DNA from: Balanoglossus misakiensis | Taxonomy: Eukaryota; Animalia; Hemichordata | NCBI GenBank assembly: GCA_040954595.2 | Contig: CM082594.2 | Span: forward strand, 5,503,319-5,567,318 | Reading direction: 5' to 3' | Length of the DNA: 64,000 bases | Shown: positions 13,731 through 25,800 of the stretch, in pieces | Layout: each line of letters starts with the position of its first letter | Numbering within the stretch: the stretch's first letter is position 1 | Program-made: the position numbers and the translations under genes | The notes under the pieces: model-generated | Databases searched by the model: none | What the model saw: only the letters and a program-made list of their open reading frames with translations | Told to the model about the DNA's origin: nothing

Positions 13731-16700
13731 TGAGAGAAAGAAAGGAAGAGAGAAAGAACAAAACAAAGAAATATTTCATGTGGAAGCTTTCAGATCTCAT
13801 TTACCTGGATTGGGTGGAGGCACTGCATTGAGCTCTGCCACACTTGCCCGAATAGCTATGTCCGATTCAATTCCGGGATTTCCCATTCCGGTGGGTTCTG
13901 CCCATTTGGCCTGCTCCACTTCCTCTTCCTCATTGAGAATATACCGAGTGGGATCCGTCTTGTCTAGATACAACGGTTCGTATGTGTCGTCTGTCAGCTC
14001 TTCCATGAGATGTCCCACATCTTCCAGAGTAAATTTACGATATGCCTGTTGAGCAAATAAATAATCATTTGATGAATTCAAAGATGGAGGAAGTGGATTT
14101 TCCAAAACACACATGCACTGAGAGAGGAGGGTTATTTCCTTGACATAATCATACAAAATGCTATCATTCTTTCACGTAAAAATTGTTGAACCCATTTCTT
14201 GCGTATGTAAAATAAAACTCGTCTCAGATTGATGGGAAGGAACAATAACGACTTACTGATCCATTGCCGTCTCTCCTGATTTTGTCCAGCAACGCATACA
14301 GAGTTGAATTCAGACGAATCTGCAAAGAAATGCAATGAATATCATAAGAGTGCGTGACTCATTAGTAGAGAACACTGTCACCCCCACAGTTTGGTTGTTT
14401 TGAATGTACAGTACAGGTGGACCAATTCATTACACATGGAAACAGGGGTGAAAGGATGTAAGCCCACTGTTGCAATCTTGAAAATGTGGATGCCATAAAT
14501 CTTGTTATTTCAACAAACAACATGATCCATGCAGTAAAGACAAACAAAACATATGACTTAATGGATGATAATGAGATATCTTACCTCATTATAAAGCCTG
14601 GTTAGTCTCTTGACTGTGAGGAACTCCCAAAGACTGACTCCATTCTCCATGAACAACCTGACAAAATCCACCTGGTTGTTGAGTAAGGCAATGTGCAGAG
14701 CCTCATCAAGGTCACCTTGCTGTTAAAAAATAATCACATAATAATCCACATGGATCTTTTTATTGCTTGTTCATAAGTCTAGTCAATGTAGGTTTCTCCG
14801 GTTTTGAACCTACACCGACTACATCCAAACTTGTCATACTTTTATGAGACTAGGTAAAGTGATAAAAAATTCATAGCATGGTGAATATTTACATTCTGAA
14901 ATCTGTCAATGAAGAGTACCTGTATTTATTCTGAAACAATGGAAATAACAACAACGCACCTTCCATTTCTTGTCATCTGTAAATATGACACTCTTCGCGA
15001 TATCAATCCTGTCCCAGGCCAGTGCCAACTTCAGCTGGTCTTGCTCTCTGCCTTTGTTTGCTGAAGATCAAAAACAGAGAATTTTGATTTAATACCTTTA
15101 TTCCTTTACAAATGGTGGAGATATCAATACAAATTTCACTGTGTCCCCCACGTCATGTTCTTGTACAATCACTCGCACCAACCTTTCAGTAGAGCCTGCA
15201 AGATGGCCAAGTCAATGTCCCGCGACGACCCTTTGGCGTCAAGTTCAAACACGGTGATGAGATCCTTCCGCCTGAGGCAGTCCTTGACCCAGCCGACCAT
15301 GGTGTCAAGGTTGCGCTCTCCAAACTCTTTCTTCACTTCCTGCTTCAGCTTGGTCTCAAAGGTGGCGTTGATCACAGCGCGTTTCCTAAAGGATCCATAA
15401 AAATTCACACTATTAGGAGCGGCCATTTTTACCCCCATAGGCATCAATAAGGGGAGATTTTATTGCTAATAACTAAACAGATTTTAGTGTACACCATAAA
15501 GCCAACTGCGATTCTCTATACACACATGAACCTGTAAATGACCCATTCATGGCACAAACAATGCACACACAAACTTCTACAATCCACTGTTTGCATATTG
15601 TGCCAGTTTCCCATAAATTCCAGCTTCCATCTAGACCTTGTAGATCCTGAAGATTTCAAACAGCACTGTAGTAATTTCTACAACCAATAACCATACATAC
15701 TGTATGAAAATCTTCCCTTGTCTGTCCTTGATCGGTATATCCTTCTCAGGCACTTGTGCCACTGCCCATGCCAGCATGTCGGCAGCTCTTCCGGATCCAG
15801 CCACAATGACAGCTGGGGTGCCGTTAGTGATGGCCGACCAAACCGTCTGTACAGTTCCTGGCCCGCCTTCTAAGACCACGCAGACGACGGGTACAGTCAT
15901 GATGTCACTTCGGTCTGAAAATTGAAAGTCAGAAAAAATCAATTAACGTTATTAGTTACACTGCTCAATAATAACCATATATCCTCTATTGTTTAAGCCA
16001 CAAAAAATTACATTTCTGATTAGCATGATGTGAACATTGTGATATGATTTTGTCTTTCACCACTGAGAGGTTTGATGCATTTTGAATGAGAAATGGCCTT
16101 CTTAATGTGAAAATTACCACCAAAAAACCTGTAATGAAAGTGAATGTCTGGTAAGACATTAAAATGTGTGATTTAATAGACTTCAAAGAAGAGTGTGTAT
16201 TAACCTTTACGATAGAATAAAATGAGAAAAGGAAACAAAGCCACAGAAGAAAAGTAATGGCATGAAAAAGAAGAGACTTACCATCATCTAGTGCTGTGGG
16301 AGAGGCCACTTGAGGAATAAAGTGAAGAAATTATATAGGGTACAGAAAAGTGGGATTACAGAGAAGAAAGAGGAGAAAGAGAAAGAAGAAAGATATATGC
16401 ACATATATTTTAATTTGTAATGTTTATACATGTATATTTCATAGTGGAATGGGAGCACCAGTGCATGCAGCGCTACTTTTCCATTATATGTTCTCTGTTT
16501 CATGGTGTGGCAGAAATTTACTGCTACTGCAAAATCTCTGCAAAATAATGAAACTTTCAGAGGGTAGACATACTTTGATCAAGTCTCATTTCAGAGATGG
16601 CCTTTTCGATTTTGCCACGGAGTTTGATCTCGGTACCGTAACGGTTTATGGTGCCGTTGTCTACGAGGATGAAGTGTGTGTGGTTGGGATCCAGGGCTGC

Positions 16701-19631
16701 TTCCATGCCTGTTGTCTCTTCCACTCTATAGAACGCCGGATATTTGCCCTGGAAGAAGGAAATTGGAGAGACACTTTGTAAGCGTACGACTGAATTCGGC
16801 AAAGCTGCCAAAGTAGTCTGGATGCTGTACATCTTTATTGACAACACTGCTTTGTAGCATATCAGATACATGATTTGGAAACTGCAAACTCGATCACATA
16901 CAGGTCACATGATACATAGAGGTCACATGACAGAATCTGCATAAGGAATATACTGTAAAACAGGAAGTTTTCACGAACGATAAATTTTCGTTAACATCGC
17001 GGGAGCCAAAAAATAAAACGCAAAATAATTCTTCACATAAACCTACCGACACGCTGACTAAATCATCGCGTTTATTGAGTACACCCCAAGGCGCGATGCC
17101 GATGTTGACAATACTGCTGCCAGCTGAGCCACCACCACTTCCAAGGGTGTAATCACGTACAGCCTCTCCGACATGCTTCATGACGCCAGCGTGTGTACCA
17201 CCAGTTATGATCCAAGCATCTAGAGAAATAGCAAGACAAGTTAACATACCTGACTTCAGAATGAAGGCAAGAAATACTGTAAAATGGTAAATTTTTCGCG
17301 AACTTCGCGCGAGCCAAAAAACGTTGAAATAAATAGTCGCGGATGAACAATGTACAATAGAATGTTTTTCGGGGATAAAAGAACCAAAAATTAATCATCG
17401 CGAAACAGTCGCCACTGTTGATATCGCGAAAATATCCTGTTGCGTAAATTCCACGTTTTTCAGTAGTAAAATAAAGAAAACAGTAAAAACTACACAATAT
17501 GCAAATTAACAATATGCAAATAGTGCCCAGATCAGGGTGATTTTTCATAATAAAACAATTGAAATAATCCATCAAAAACTTAATATAAGTGAACACTGCA
17601 AGGTGTAACTTACTTGTACTGAGAGCAACTTTTGTAAGTCCTTTTCGGAAGACCCCTTTAAGTCTGCTTGTCATGTTGAAGTCTTTAGCACCACCTGTCA
17701 CAGAAATCAGCAGGTTAGGGGTTCCTAAGTGCCACTGCTCCTTAAGTAGCTGTAGAATCTTCCTGGGTGGGGTTTCATGATCTACCCTGATGTACTGAAA
17801 GGGGAAAGCATGTTGACCATAAGTGCCCGAAGAATACACATGTACTTGGTAGGTAAACCTTTTGCAGGTATGTATGAAATTTGATATGGTCAGTATGAAG
17901 AAAGCTTATTACTTTGGCATTTGTATATGCGTATGTCCCTACGTTCCTGTACATTTTTATGATATGATTTCTGTATACGTTGTGATACTGTTTCACGACA
18001 AACGCTGAAGTGAAAATATTTTTGGAAGTGTGATCATTTGTGTTAACTAATATAATTAGGGAGATGTAGCAGAATGTTGTACTGCTCGTGATAGTCTTAG
18101 ATATATGCACAGTTAGATGCAGCGAAGGAACAATGATGTTAGAAAACCATACAAACAAATACACATGAGGTTTGATCTATTCTACAAAGATTCACCTTAG
18201 CTGGCTTGGTACTGTAGCCAAGAAATTCAATCTCTCCATACGCATTAGTGTTGGTGGTCTGCGTGTGTGTGGACTCCTTCCACGGAGCTGAGGGGTCTGG
18301 ATTGTGTAGGTAGCGGTCATCGTGAGCTGACCGCAGCCGTCCACACTGACAGGAAGGCTCTTTGTCAAGCCTGTACGAATCAATGAAAAGTTCAGTGTCA
18401 GAACGATGACTAAAATTATACTTCTACTGCACATTGACGTTGAGATTTGACTAATATTTTCAATCTTGTTTAGCACTAAACAAATTTTAATAGATACACT
18501 TATGATTATACATACCAAGAATGAGATACCGGCTTATCTGACTTGACTTCTGTGTAGCGAATACATTCTCGTAAACGAAAATTATTGTGCATCCATGATG
18601 GGTTCAGCTAAAAGGAAAACCAAACAGACAATGATTAGCTGAAGGTTCAAATGCTTTGGCAGCAAAGTGGACAAAACACGACTTGAAACTGGATAAGATA
18701 CACAAGTACTGAACTTAAAATTGTTAGCGTAGTAGTAGTTAGTATGTAGTTAGTAAAGTGTGAGTAGAAAACAACATCTGAAGAGTCAAAACTCAATTCA
18801 TCCCAAATCTTAGGCTTCGGCCCCAGTTTACAGGTTAGTTTCAGTACACACAAAATTGACTGAGTGTCCTTATAATAGAAAAATGGGTTAGTGAGCATGG
18901 TACGCAAAAGACAGCCATCAGTTTGAACGTCAGACAACACTTTAGGAATGATGCACAAACCTCTTTCTGTTGACAACGTGAGGCACAGAAAGAAAACGAA
19001 ATATCAGGGAATGAAGTCTAGGTATTGGCAAATATCTAGGAAGGAGGTCTCTTTTGCTTGTTAAAACTTAAATGATAAATAAAAGTTTATTTTCGTTCTG
19101 TCATGCCATTTTGTGTTTTCGCCAAACATGCCAGTAATGTATCATAATGATACTTAATTTGTAAATAGCAAATGGAGTGGAATTCAATTTACAATCCTGA
19201 AACGGTGCTTGTGCAAGACAGACCGCACAAATGTAACCATGGGAGTAAACAAACATTCTGAAAGCAGATCCACAAATAGTAACTCAAGTAACACAAGTCC
19301 ATGTGTACATTGCACATGTTCAATGCCACGATTTTTTTTCACATTGCACTCTTCTAGGGTAACACATTTTGTACTTTAGGCATTAATTTTCTTCATTATA
19401 CTATCGACAGACAAGTGGCCACTAACACAGGTTTGGCTGTACATCAGAAACTGAATTAATAATTATTAAAATAAAAAAGTAAAAAATTTGAAAACTTACC
19501 TCTAATTCAACTCCAATATTCACCGAACTTCCAGATGTAGACAAACGTCGTCTTCTCATTCCCAATGGCGCAACTTTCTTCTTTTTCACTAGTTCGCCAT
19601 TAATTTTGGCGGAGGACGCTCGCTCAGACAT
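4121..19631 (-). CDS. TRPM2: TRPM2-like cation channel with C-terminal NUDT9-homology (ADP-ribose pyrophosphatase) domain; spliced, up to about 1644 aa
   Basis: Exons in transcript order, all GT-AG and phase-consistent: 19500-19631, 18543-18607, 18196-18370, 17614-17794, 17047-17219, 16574-16748, [16282-16293 optional], 15701-15914, 15183-15385, 14960-15060, 14585-14719, 14257-14319, 13805-14045, [13078-13131 optional], 12201-12408, 11536-11764, 11215-11310, 11044-11123, 10561-10720, 10219-10347, 9708-9962, 9221-9395, 8964-9111, 8441-8649, 7962-8094, 7532-7679, 7292-7400, 7003-7169, 6614-6810, 6327-6413, 6025-6130, 5447-5590, 4627-4740, 4121-4237 (total 4935 nt). TRPM motifs: [57 protein letters not shown], six TM segments, [15 protein letters not shown] box WKFQRY. 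NUDT9H motifs: [62 protein letters not shown]. The frame is open upstream of the ATG at 19631 to the acceptor at 19672, so the true start could lie further 5'. Confidence 0.95.
4352..4481 (+). mobile_element. piggyBac-like MITE copy with internal C-run/CA expansion
   Basis: TTAACCCTT start; GAGGTCCAAC..ACCATAGAAAACA.TGGGTTTGGACTGAACCATGGTGGTGAAAGGG end. Confidence 0.75.
6478..6600. repeat. CTATAGAA-rich degenerate repeat; second patch at about 11800-11960
   Basis: Many TCTATAG / ATAGAA units in two TRPM2 introns. Confidence 0.6.
7864..7936 (+). mobile_element. piggyBac-like MITE copy, 5' truncated
   Basis: GTTCCCTCTATAGAGGTCCAAC..GGTGGTGAAAGGGTTAA, same family as 2851-2942. Confidence 0.75.
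8441..10347 (-). other. Transmembrane S1-S6, pore and TRP helix-coding exons of TRPM2
   Basis: Hydrophobic helices; S2 EEVRQ and S3 WNILD Ca2+-site residues; S4-S5 linker GPKLIMI; pore [12 protein letters not shown]; post-filter Cys pair; S6 LLNLLIAMF; TRP box WKFQR. Confidence 0.92.
8760..8915. repeat. Degenerate minisatellite of about 25 bp units with GATTGG cores; similar patch on the other strand at about 10060-10190
   Basis: Repeated ACATGGCAGTGATTGG(C/T)TG-like units. Confidence 0.55.
10744..10942. repeat. (GAT)n/(GGT)n trinucleotide microsatellite in a TRPM2 intron
   Basis: About 200 bp run just upstream (in transcript sense) of the acceptor of exon 10561-10720. Confidence 0.95.
12098..12190 (-). 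mobile_element. piggyBac-like MITE copy, reverse orientation
   Basis: CCCTTTCACCATCATG..CCATTGTTTTCTATGGTAAGGTTGGACC..GGGGTGAAGGGG. Confidence 0.7.
13682..13760. repeat. (AGAA)n/(AG)n microsatellite
   Basis: Direct inspection. Confidence 0.9.
17275..17465. mobile_element. TA-flanked MITE (Tc1/mariner-like termini) in a TRPM2 intron; truncated relative at 16951-17030
   Basis: TA-CTGTAAAA...TTTTCAG-TA ends with internal TCGCGAAA repeats; the 16951 copy starts TACTGTAAAA and shares GAGCCAAAAAA. Confidence 0.65.
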
Positions 19632-21114
19632 TGTGACCCGATAATCCTCCTCGCGACGCTTTGCGCGACAACCTAAATAGAAGCAATTGAGAGTGGAATC
19701 ACATTCACAAATTTATCAAATTGACCAAAAAAATCTCTAGCAGTATGTAACCATTTTTTTCCAAACAATGGCAAACACTAAGATTGAACACATCACTTAC
19801 AACAAGCCATTTTGAAAATTGTACTGTTGAGCACTATTAAAATGCAGCCACACCCATATATGAATTCGTTCACATGGAATTCTTGCCAAAGGCTGAACAA
19901 ATATCTATTTTTGCTATTATGAAGTCTGTTCATTCTTGTCGAATTACAAATTATCTAGGGCGGAATACAAACAATTTTTCACACTTACAAACTTTCTTTT
20001 AGGGGAGAGGAGGAGGTTTGAATTCGGTGCTGGTGACTGAATACGACATATGTGTGGTCATATTGGTGAAGACGTGGGCGGATTGAAACACATTCAGTGA
20101 AACAATGTACGGTAAGTGAAACTTAAATAATGACTTTCACTTTCCTGTGCTTTGACTCTGCCAAGTCACGTGATAAGTATCATAAATCATTACATTTTAA
20201 ACTGCTCTCACAAATCTACGAAACATTACAGCTTTTCGCAGAAATAACATAAAATTGTAAACTTAACATCTCAGCTATTGAATCAACAATATATATTTTA
20301 TTACTGATTATTTAGTGTTGACTAGTTTGACATTATTGGCGAAAAACTGTCATATTTTGATATCATTTAGTTTCAAAGTGGATTGGTTCACTAGAATTCC
20401 ATCACACTACGTATGCTATCACTTGATCCCCACTACCTCGATGCGCTAATCGTTTAACAGCAACCGATGAAAAGCCTGTGCATTTTGAATTTTTGAGTTG
20501 ACAAGTAAACTAATCATACTTGGGTACGACGCGTTTAGCAGAAAAGCCTTCGTGTAATTATTGGCATTCAACAGATTTAGATCAGCCAGAATAAGCATAG
20601 GAATAATATTGTCGCTTTAATGTATAAAACTAATACCTGGTGATGAGACACTACTCACAAGCATAATATTACAAATTGGTTTCCTTGTTGTTTCAGTATT
20701 TGTTTTGGTCTGGAAGATGTTGCCACGAATTCATTAATGTTTATTAACTAACAGGGTAAATCTAGGAACAAAGTAGCAAAGCCGATCTTGTAATTAACCA
20801 ATCGCAACGTCAAACTTGATTATTGCTGACTATGTAACTAAGTGTCAATGACATGACATCACTAAATGGGGCGATCGTAACGTGTCAGGGATAGATCCAA
20901 ACAAACCTTTGCCTTATTTGCGATCTATTACCATTACCCTGCAATCAGCGATATTTCCCATGTAAGTCGAATACATGAATTTGTCTATGAGTGAAAGTAT
21001 CTGTACTGTCTTACTACAGTTATAAACAAATTCGTTGCAAATGATGTGTGAGCTGAACGTATGGCATATTTGGCAATCGGCACGCTGATCTCGATCGGAG
21101 ATTCCTATACTTAC

Positions 21115-21300
21115 TTTACTTTCTTGTCTTGTCTTCTGGTGTAATCAGCGATCGACTAAATCACGGTTTTCTGCTGATCAGTCGCCCGAAACGTCATTCT
21201 GCAATCACAAGCACTTCCTACACTATGCCATATGATATTTCACATACAGTGCACCTTAGGGAATTAAATCAACAGCGAAAGCAAGATGGCGTATTTTACC
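21115..21300 (-). other. Probable non-coding first exon / 5' end of TRPM2 (upstream boundary approximate)
   Basis: Consensus donor AAA|GTAAGT at 21115/21114 could splice to the acceptor at 19672; CpG-containing promoter-like context; contains a short ATG..TAG uORF (MTFRATDQQKTVI*). Confidence 0.4.
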
Positions 21301-21711
21301 ACATTCTGTGGTCGTTGCAGTATTTCCGCTTACCATTGTAGCGTCTTGAAGAATGCGCGAGCGTTGCATTATGGTACTTACGAACAAGTACATGGTAGAA
21401 GTTTGTTGACCTGTTGCCCAGGAGATGACATCACAGCGAGAATTAATTAAGGGTCCGTTTCGCATGATTTGACTCGTTGTATTCAACTTGTAGTATATAA
21501 ACATATGAATTAAAAAAACTACATACAGCAAAAATGTATATAAACTCAATGAGGGATGGAGAACATTATGAGTTTATAAAAAAGGATTTTATTTATCAAG
21601 CGTAGTCAGTTTAACGTAAAGAACCACGATTTTTCGGTAAGAACCTCGGTTATGCATGAAAATGCCTATTTAAGAACCTTGGTGATAAAATACTATAATT
21701 GTTATTTTTTA

Positions 21712-22120
21712 TTATAATATACCTCATGCTAATACTGTGCCGTGATTCGCCAGAATCTGTCACGTGATATGAAAATAGAATCGACTATGAATCCCTAGGA
21801 AATAGCAGAAAAAATATAAACCGGTCACGTGACCAGCGTGATCTTCGTCGCGTCGTCTGACACCATGGCCACCGCTGAAGATGTCGTCTGCCAACCTCAA
21901 GAGAAAATTGCAAGATTTTCCGAACTGTTGGCATGAGGTTTGTTATAAAACACCTATGGCCTGGCTTATATTCGGGACATAGCAGCCGTTTTACCCCCTC
22001 GTGGCTGTGAGTTACCAGAATGATATGCTAAATAGCATATGATTCTGGTAACTCACAGCCCCTCGGGTGTAATAAACGGTTGCTATGGCCCTCATGGCCA
22101 GGCAATAGGTGTTCATTACA
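21712..22120. repeat. Composite foldback element: IR-bounded module 21712-21948 abutting an imperfect palindrome of about 170 bp at 21943-22120
   Basis: TTATAATATACCTCATGCTAATA (21712) pairs with TGTTGGCATGAGGTTTGTTATAA (21926-21948); the second module folds around GGCTGTGAGTTACCAGAAT.ATATGCTA-AA-TAGCATAT.ATTCTGGTAACTCACAGCC. Confidence 0.8.
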
Positions 22121-22664
22121 AAACTCTTTCACGCCTATTTAGCCGTGCAAGCCTGTGGGTTTTTAGTGGGATATTTATAGCCCTGTGACGCCGAGATAAT
22201 ATTGCTTGGTACCAGCTGCTGTCAATCATAATGCAATTATTATAATGGTTGTCTGAAGGCTGTTGTTGATGGACGCTGCACTTGGGGTGTTTTGCTTCCC
22301 CTTTACTGTCGCGTTCCTTTCCGTATCCATCCAAGCATTCTCAAATTAAATTGTAGTAAACGAGAGCAGCGAGAAAGTTTTCGTTGGCTGGTGGTTAATT
22401 TCCTGTCAAATGCGAGCGTTTTGATATTACTGATACTTTGGACGGATTCAGTACCGGCGAGGGATTTTATTTGGTCACAATTGAATTCTTGGCATGCGAG
22501 ATTGATTCTGTGTAGACTTGTTGCTTCCAGAGAACATATACAGTTCACAATGTATGGGCCACAATGTCACCACCTGTATCTCCAAGTTTATTTGTTAACA
22601 ATCACAGCCAATGTTGCTGCTGCTCTCTTGATGTCAAAATCAATTTAAGACCCAATATATATAT

Positions 22665-22792
22665 TCTCTCTCACTCTCTCCTCTCTCTCTCCCTCCTCTC
22701 TCTCTTTCTCTTTCTCTTTCTCTCTCCCCCCCCCCCTCTCTCTCTCCCTCCTCTCTCTCTCTCTTTCTCTACCTCTACCTCTCTCTCTCTCT
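22665..22792. repeat. (CT)n-rich polypyrimidine microsatellite
   Basis: Direct inspection. Confidence 0.9.
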
Positions 22793-22839
22793 TGGTAGAG
22801 CAGTTTTGGACGTAAAATTATTGACCTCTCCCAGTGCAA

Positions 22840-22853
22840 CCGCCCTCTACGGG
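22840..22853 (-). promoter_or_regulatory. CTCF-like motif
   Basis: Minus strand reads CCCGTAGAGGGCGG. Confidence 0.45.
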
Positions 22854-25800
22854 GACATTACTTCTAGTATACCAATCAAATTAAGCTTCTTCAGTTATGT
22901 AGTTCGTAATACCCCAATGTGTAATGTGCCAACGATGGAAAATGAGATTTTCTATAATTAAAAAATCTACTATTTGAACAGCACCCTATAAGTAACCTTA
23001 CATATGTTTCTTTCCATTCCAAACCATAGCATCGGGAGACAGACACACATATCTGCATCTCCACTGGTATGATGAGAGTGTCCAGGTATGACTGCTCAGG
23101 GATGCGATGTCCATGTAAGTTCGCTGTCAATCCTTTTTGCATTTCTTTCTTCTTCTTAAAGTTATATACGACAATTTCTGTCCAGTAAATCGTATTTATC
23201 TCCACGCATTGTAATGAAGAAAAGATGGCCTAACAATTTAAAGTGCATCGCGGTTTTGAGGGTGTCAGATATCAAGAGGCAAATGATGACGATTGTTCAG
23301 ATTCCTCTCAATTTTTCCTTCGTCACGTAAAGTCTCGAAAACTTGGAGTGTGGCGTCCACGAGACTTGCGTCATGGTCAACACAATAAATGTTTGTTTTT
23401 TTAACAATTTTTCCACGTGACTTCTATTGTCATCGACGCCAACCGCGTCGGAAATTTGTTCGTCTACATGACGAATTAACTTTTAATTAAATTACACGGT
23501 ATTATCATGGTCCCGGCTAAATGGTCGTGCTGTTGGTCGTTAAATGTTTTGATTGGCCAGTCGCGGGGACATTGTTGATGCCGATTACGGGACGTTTAAA
23601 TTAATTATCTGATTTATAAAATTGAAAGTATACTTTGAAAGTCGGAGATGGTGACTGTTTGGTCGCGGTAAAGGCGATATTTTGTCACGCGTTCACACAT
23701 TGGGAAACAGTGGCTGTTTTTGGTAGTAGCACGTTGGGTTCATTTTCATCTCGTCCAGTTGTTCTCTCGGTTCGACTTTCAGTATACGCGCCCTTCAAAC
23801 ACACTTTTGCGCGTATCATTCGTCGTCAAGGACAACAAGGCGTCGACGGCAAGTTTGGGCGGCAAATCGTAAAAAGATGATAGATGGTGGGAAAGAAAGA
23901 CGCTAGGTGGCCATTCTTGTGATGTAAATCGTCGGGGTCATAAAATAAGCGCACGCGTACACATCGACAATTGCGACGCTTCATCAATCGCTCGTCTGTG
24001 CCGTCACACTGGTCGATATATTGATCCCGCCCTCTCTAAAATAAGAACGTCCCCTGGCCAACCACGCTTTTTTTAAAACGGCGATGACAGAGTTTGAATC
24101 CAGTGAAAATATTCTCTGTATTGTGACCGCATCTGAAACTCGGGTATATGTGACTACGGGATCATCCCCTGCCAAGGCTATGTGCAAAGTGATATCAGCA
24201 ACGGGGCCGCTAGTTTACCTGAGTAAACAAAACACGGAATAGGCCTAACTGACTTCATGCGTGTCTGCAAGCGTATCCCCTTGACAGCGTTATAATCAAC
24301 TTTGGCCCTTTACAGATCTGGTGAGAAGCCCCCGGAACTCGAGACGGGATCGGAATAAACACCGCCATGTCGACGTGTGTTTTTACAAGTGGGAAAAATC
24401 GCTTCGATGACGGGATTGTCGCACACCTGGCGTACTTTGTGACTGGTGAGTAGGCCTAGATTTCCACAGCGTGGGATGAGAACGGTGAAGTGGACACCGT
24501 TCGACTAATGTACACACAACTTCACGCTGTTTTTCAATGTGTAAGCCATTGCTATTGAAAAAATTATCACAACCACGTGTACCATTTCGCGAACGCCCCG
24601 GAATCGTGACTTTTGTCCGCGACCTGGAAACACACATGCAATTTTCGCGGAATTCCTCCCCGCGCGGCGAATCCTTCCAAGCGCAGACCAATCTCCCGTT
24701 TTAATTACTGCGGGGCAGCCTCTCTCGGCAGTTGGTCGTCGTCTGTGATTCCCCCATTCCGTCACGATGCATGGAGATCGTTTTAAGTGGTAATTTCAGG
24801 TCATTGTCTGGGCGCAGTTAAAAAGTTAACAGCTTTTTGTTTGGGCGCAGTGTGTATACTAGGGCGCGCTGTCCACGAACGTCATATCAGCAACCGGCGC
24901 GGCTTATTGAGAGCATCTCTCTTCCTTTTCACGGAGTCTGTACAATTGGGTTGTTCAGGGTTTTTCGAAATAACGGGTCTGGATCTCACAAAAAAGGAAC
25001 CTCCTTGATCATTGTACCTCTGTGTCTTGTTGTGCCATAAAGGACCTCCATTCACATGCATCTATGTCGGTGCCGGCATTTGTGACGTCACCTGCAGAAT
25101 CATTATTCTCCAACGGTCTCAGGAGGCAGAGAGAAAAAGGGAGGACCCCCCGCCGTTGTAAAGTCAAACTGCTTCCCCCATTCATCGGTCGCACACAGAA
25201 AGATCTCCCAACATTTTCAGACTCTTAAAAAATCACCAGAAAGGTTCGCTAAATTCGAACCAAATGGACATCAACACCGGAATAGTAGTGTGACGATAAG
25301 TTACTAATAGTAACAGTTTATTTTTGTTGATACACGCCCGCAAGGACAAGTCAGAGCTTTTTTTGTTTTCATTGTTTATAATAGGGTTAGTCAGCTTAAT
25401 TAAGTGGAAGGATGGATGGACTTACTCGGTGGGGTTATTCATGACAAAAAAAGTCAGACAGTGTCCCCTGTTACGAGGGCCCCCTGTGGAGACGCCGATA
25501 GTTGGAGGGACCGTTATCAGTGGCACGGAGCGGGTCTGTTTCTGCTGATGTGTAACCGATCCGGGCAGAATAGCCGGCGGGTTTCGCGGCCAGACCACGG
25601 GGGTTAACGTTCTAATAAGAACTGCAGGGCCATGAGCTAATTAGAACAAACTGTGAGCAGGATGGCGGACTGAAAAAAAAAACTGTACACAGGAAAAGTA
25701 CTATGAAAAAACCGTTCGATGATTTTTTTAATTTCTGTCCAAGGAAAAATAACACGATTTAAATTTTTGTTATTGGTGGTTAAATTCGAGACTGGTTTCG

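Noticed and set aside
20105-20120. Plus-strand donor ACG|GTAAGT suggesting an antisense TRPM2 transcript
   Set aside because: A single donor motif with no supporting acceptor or promoter evidence.
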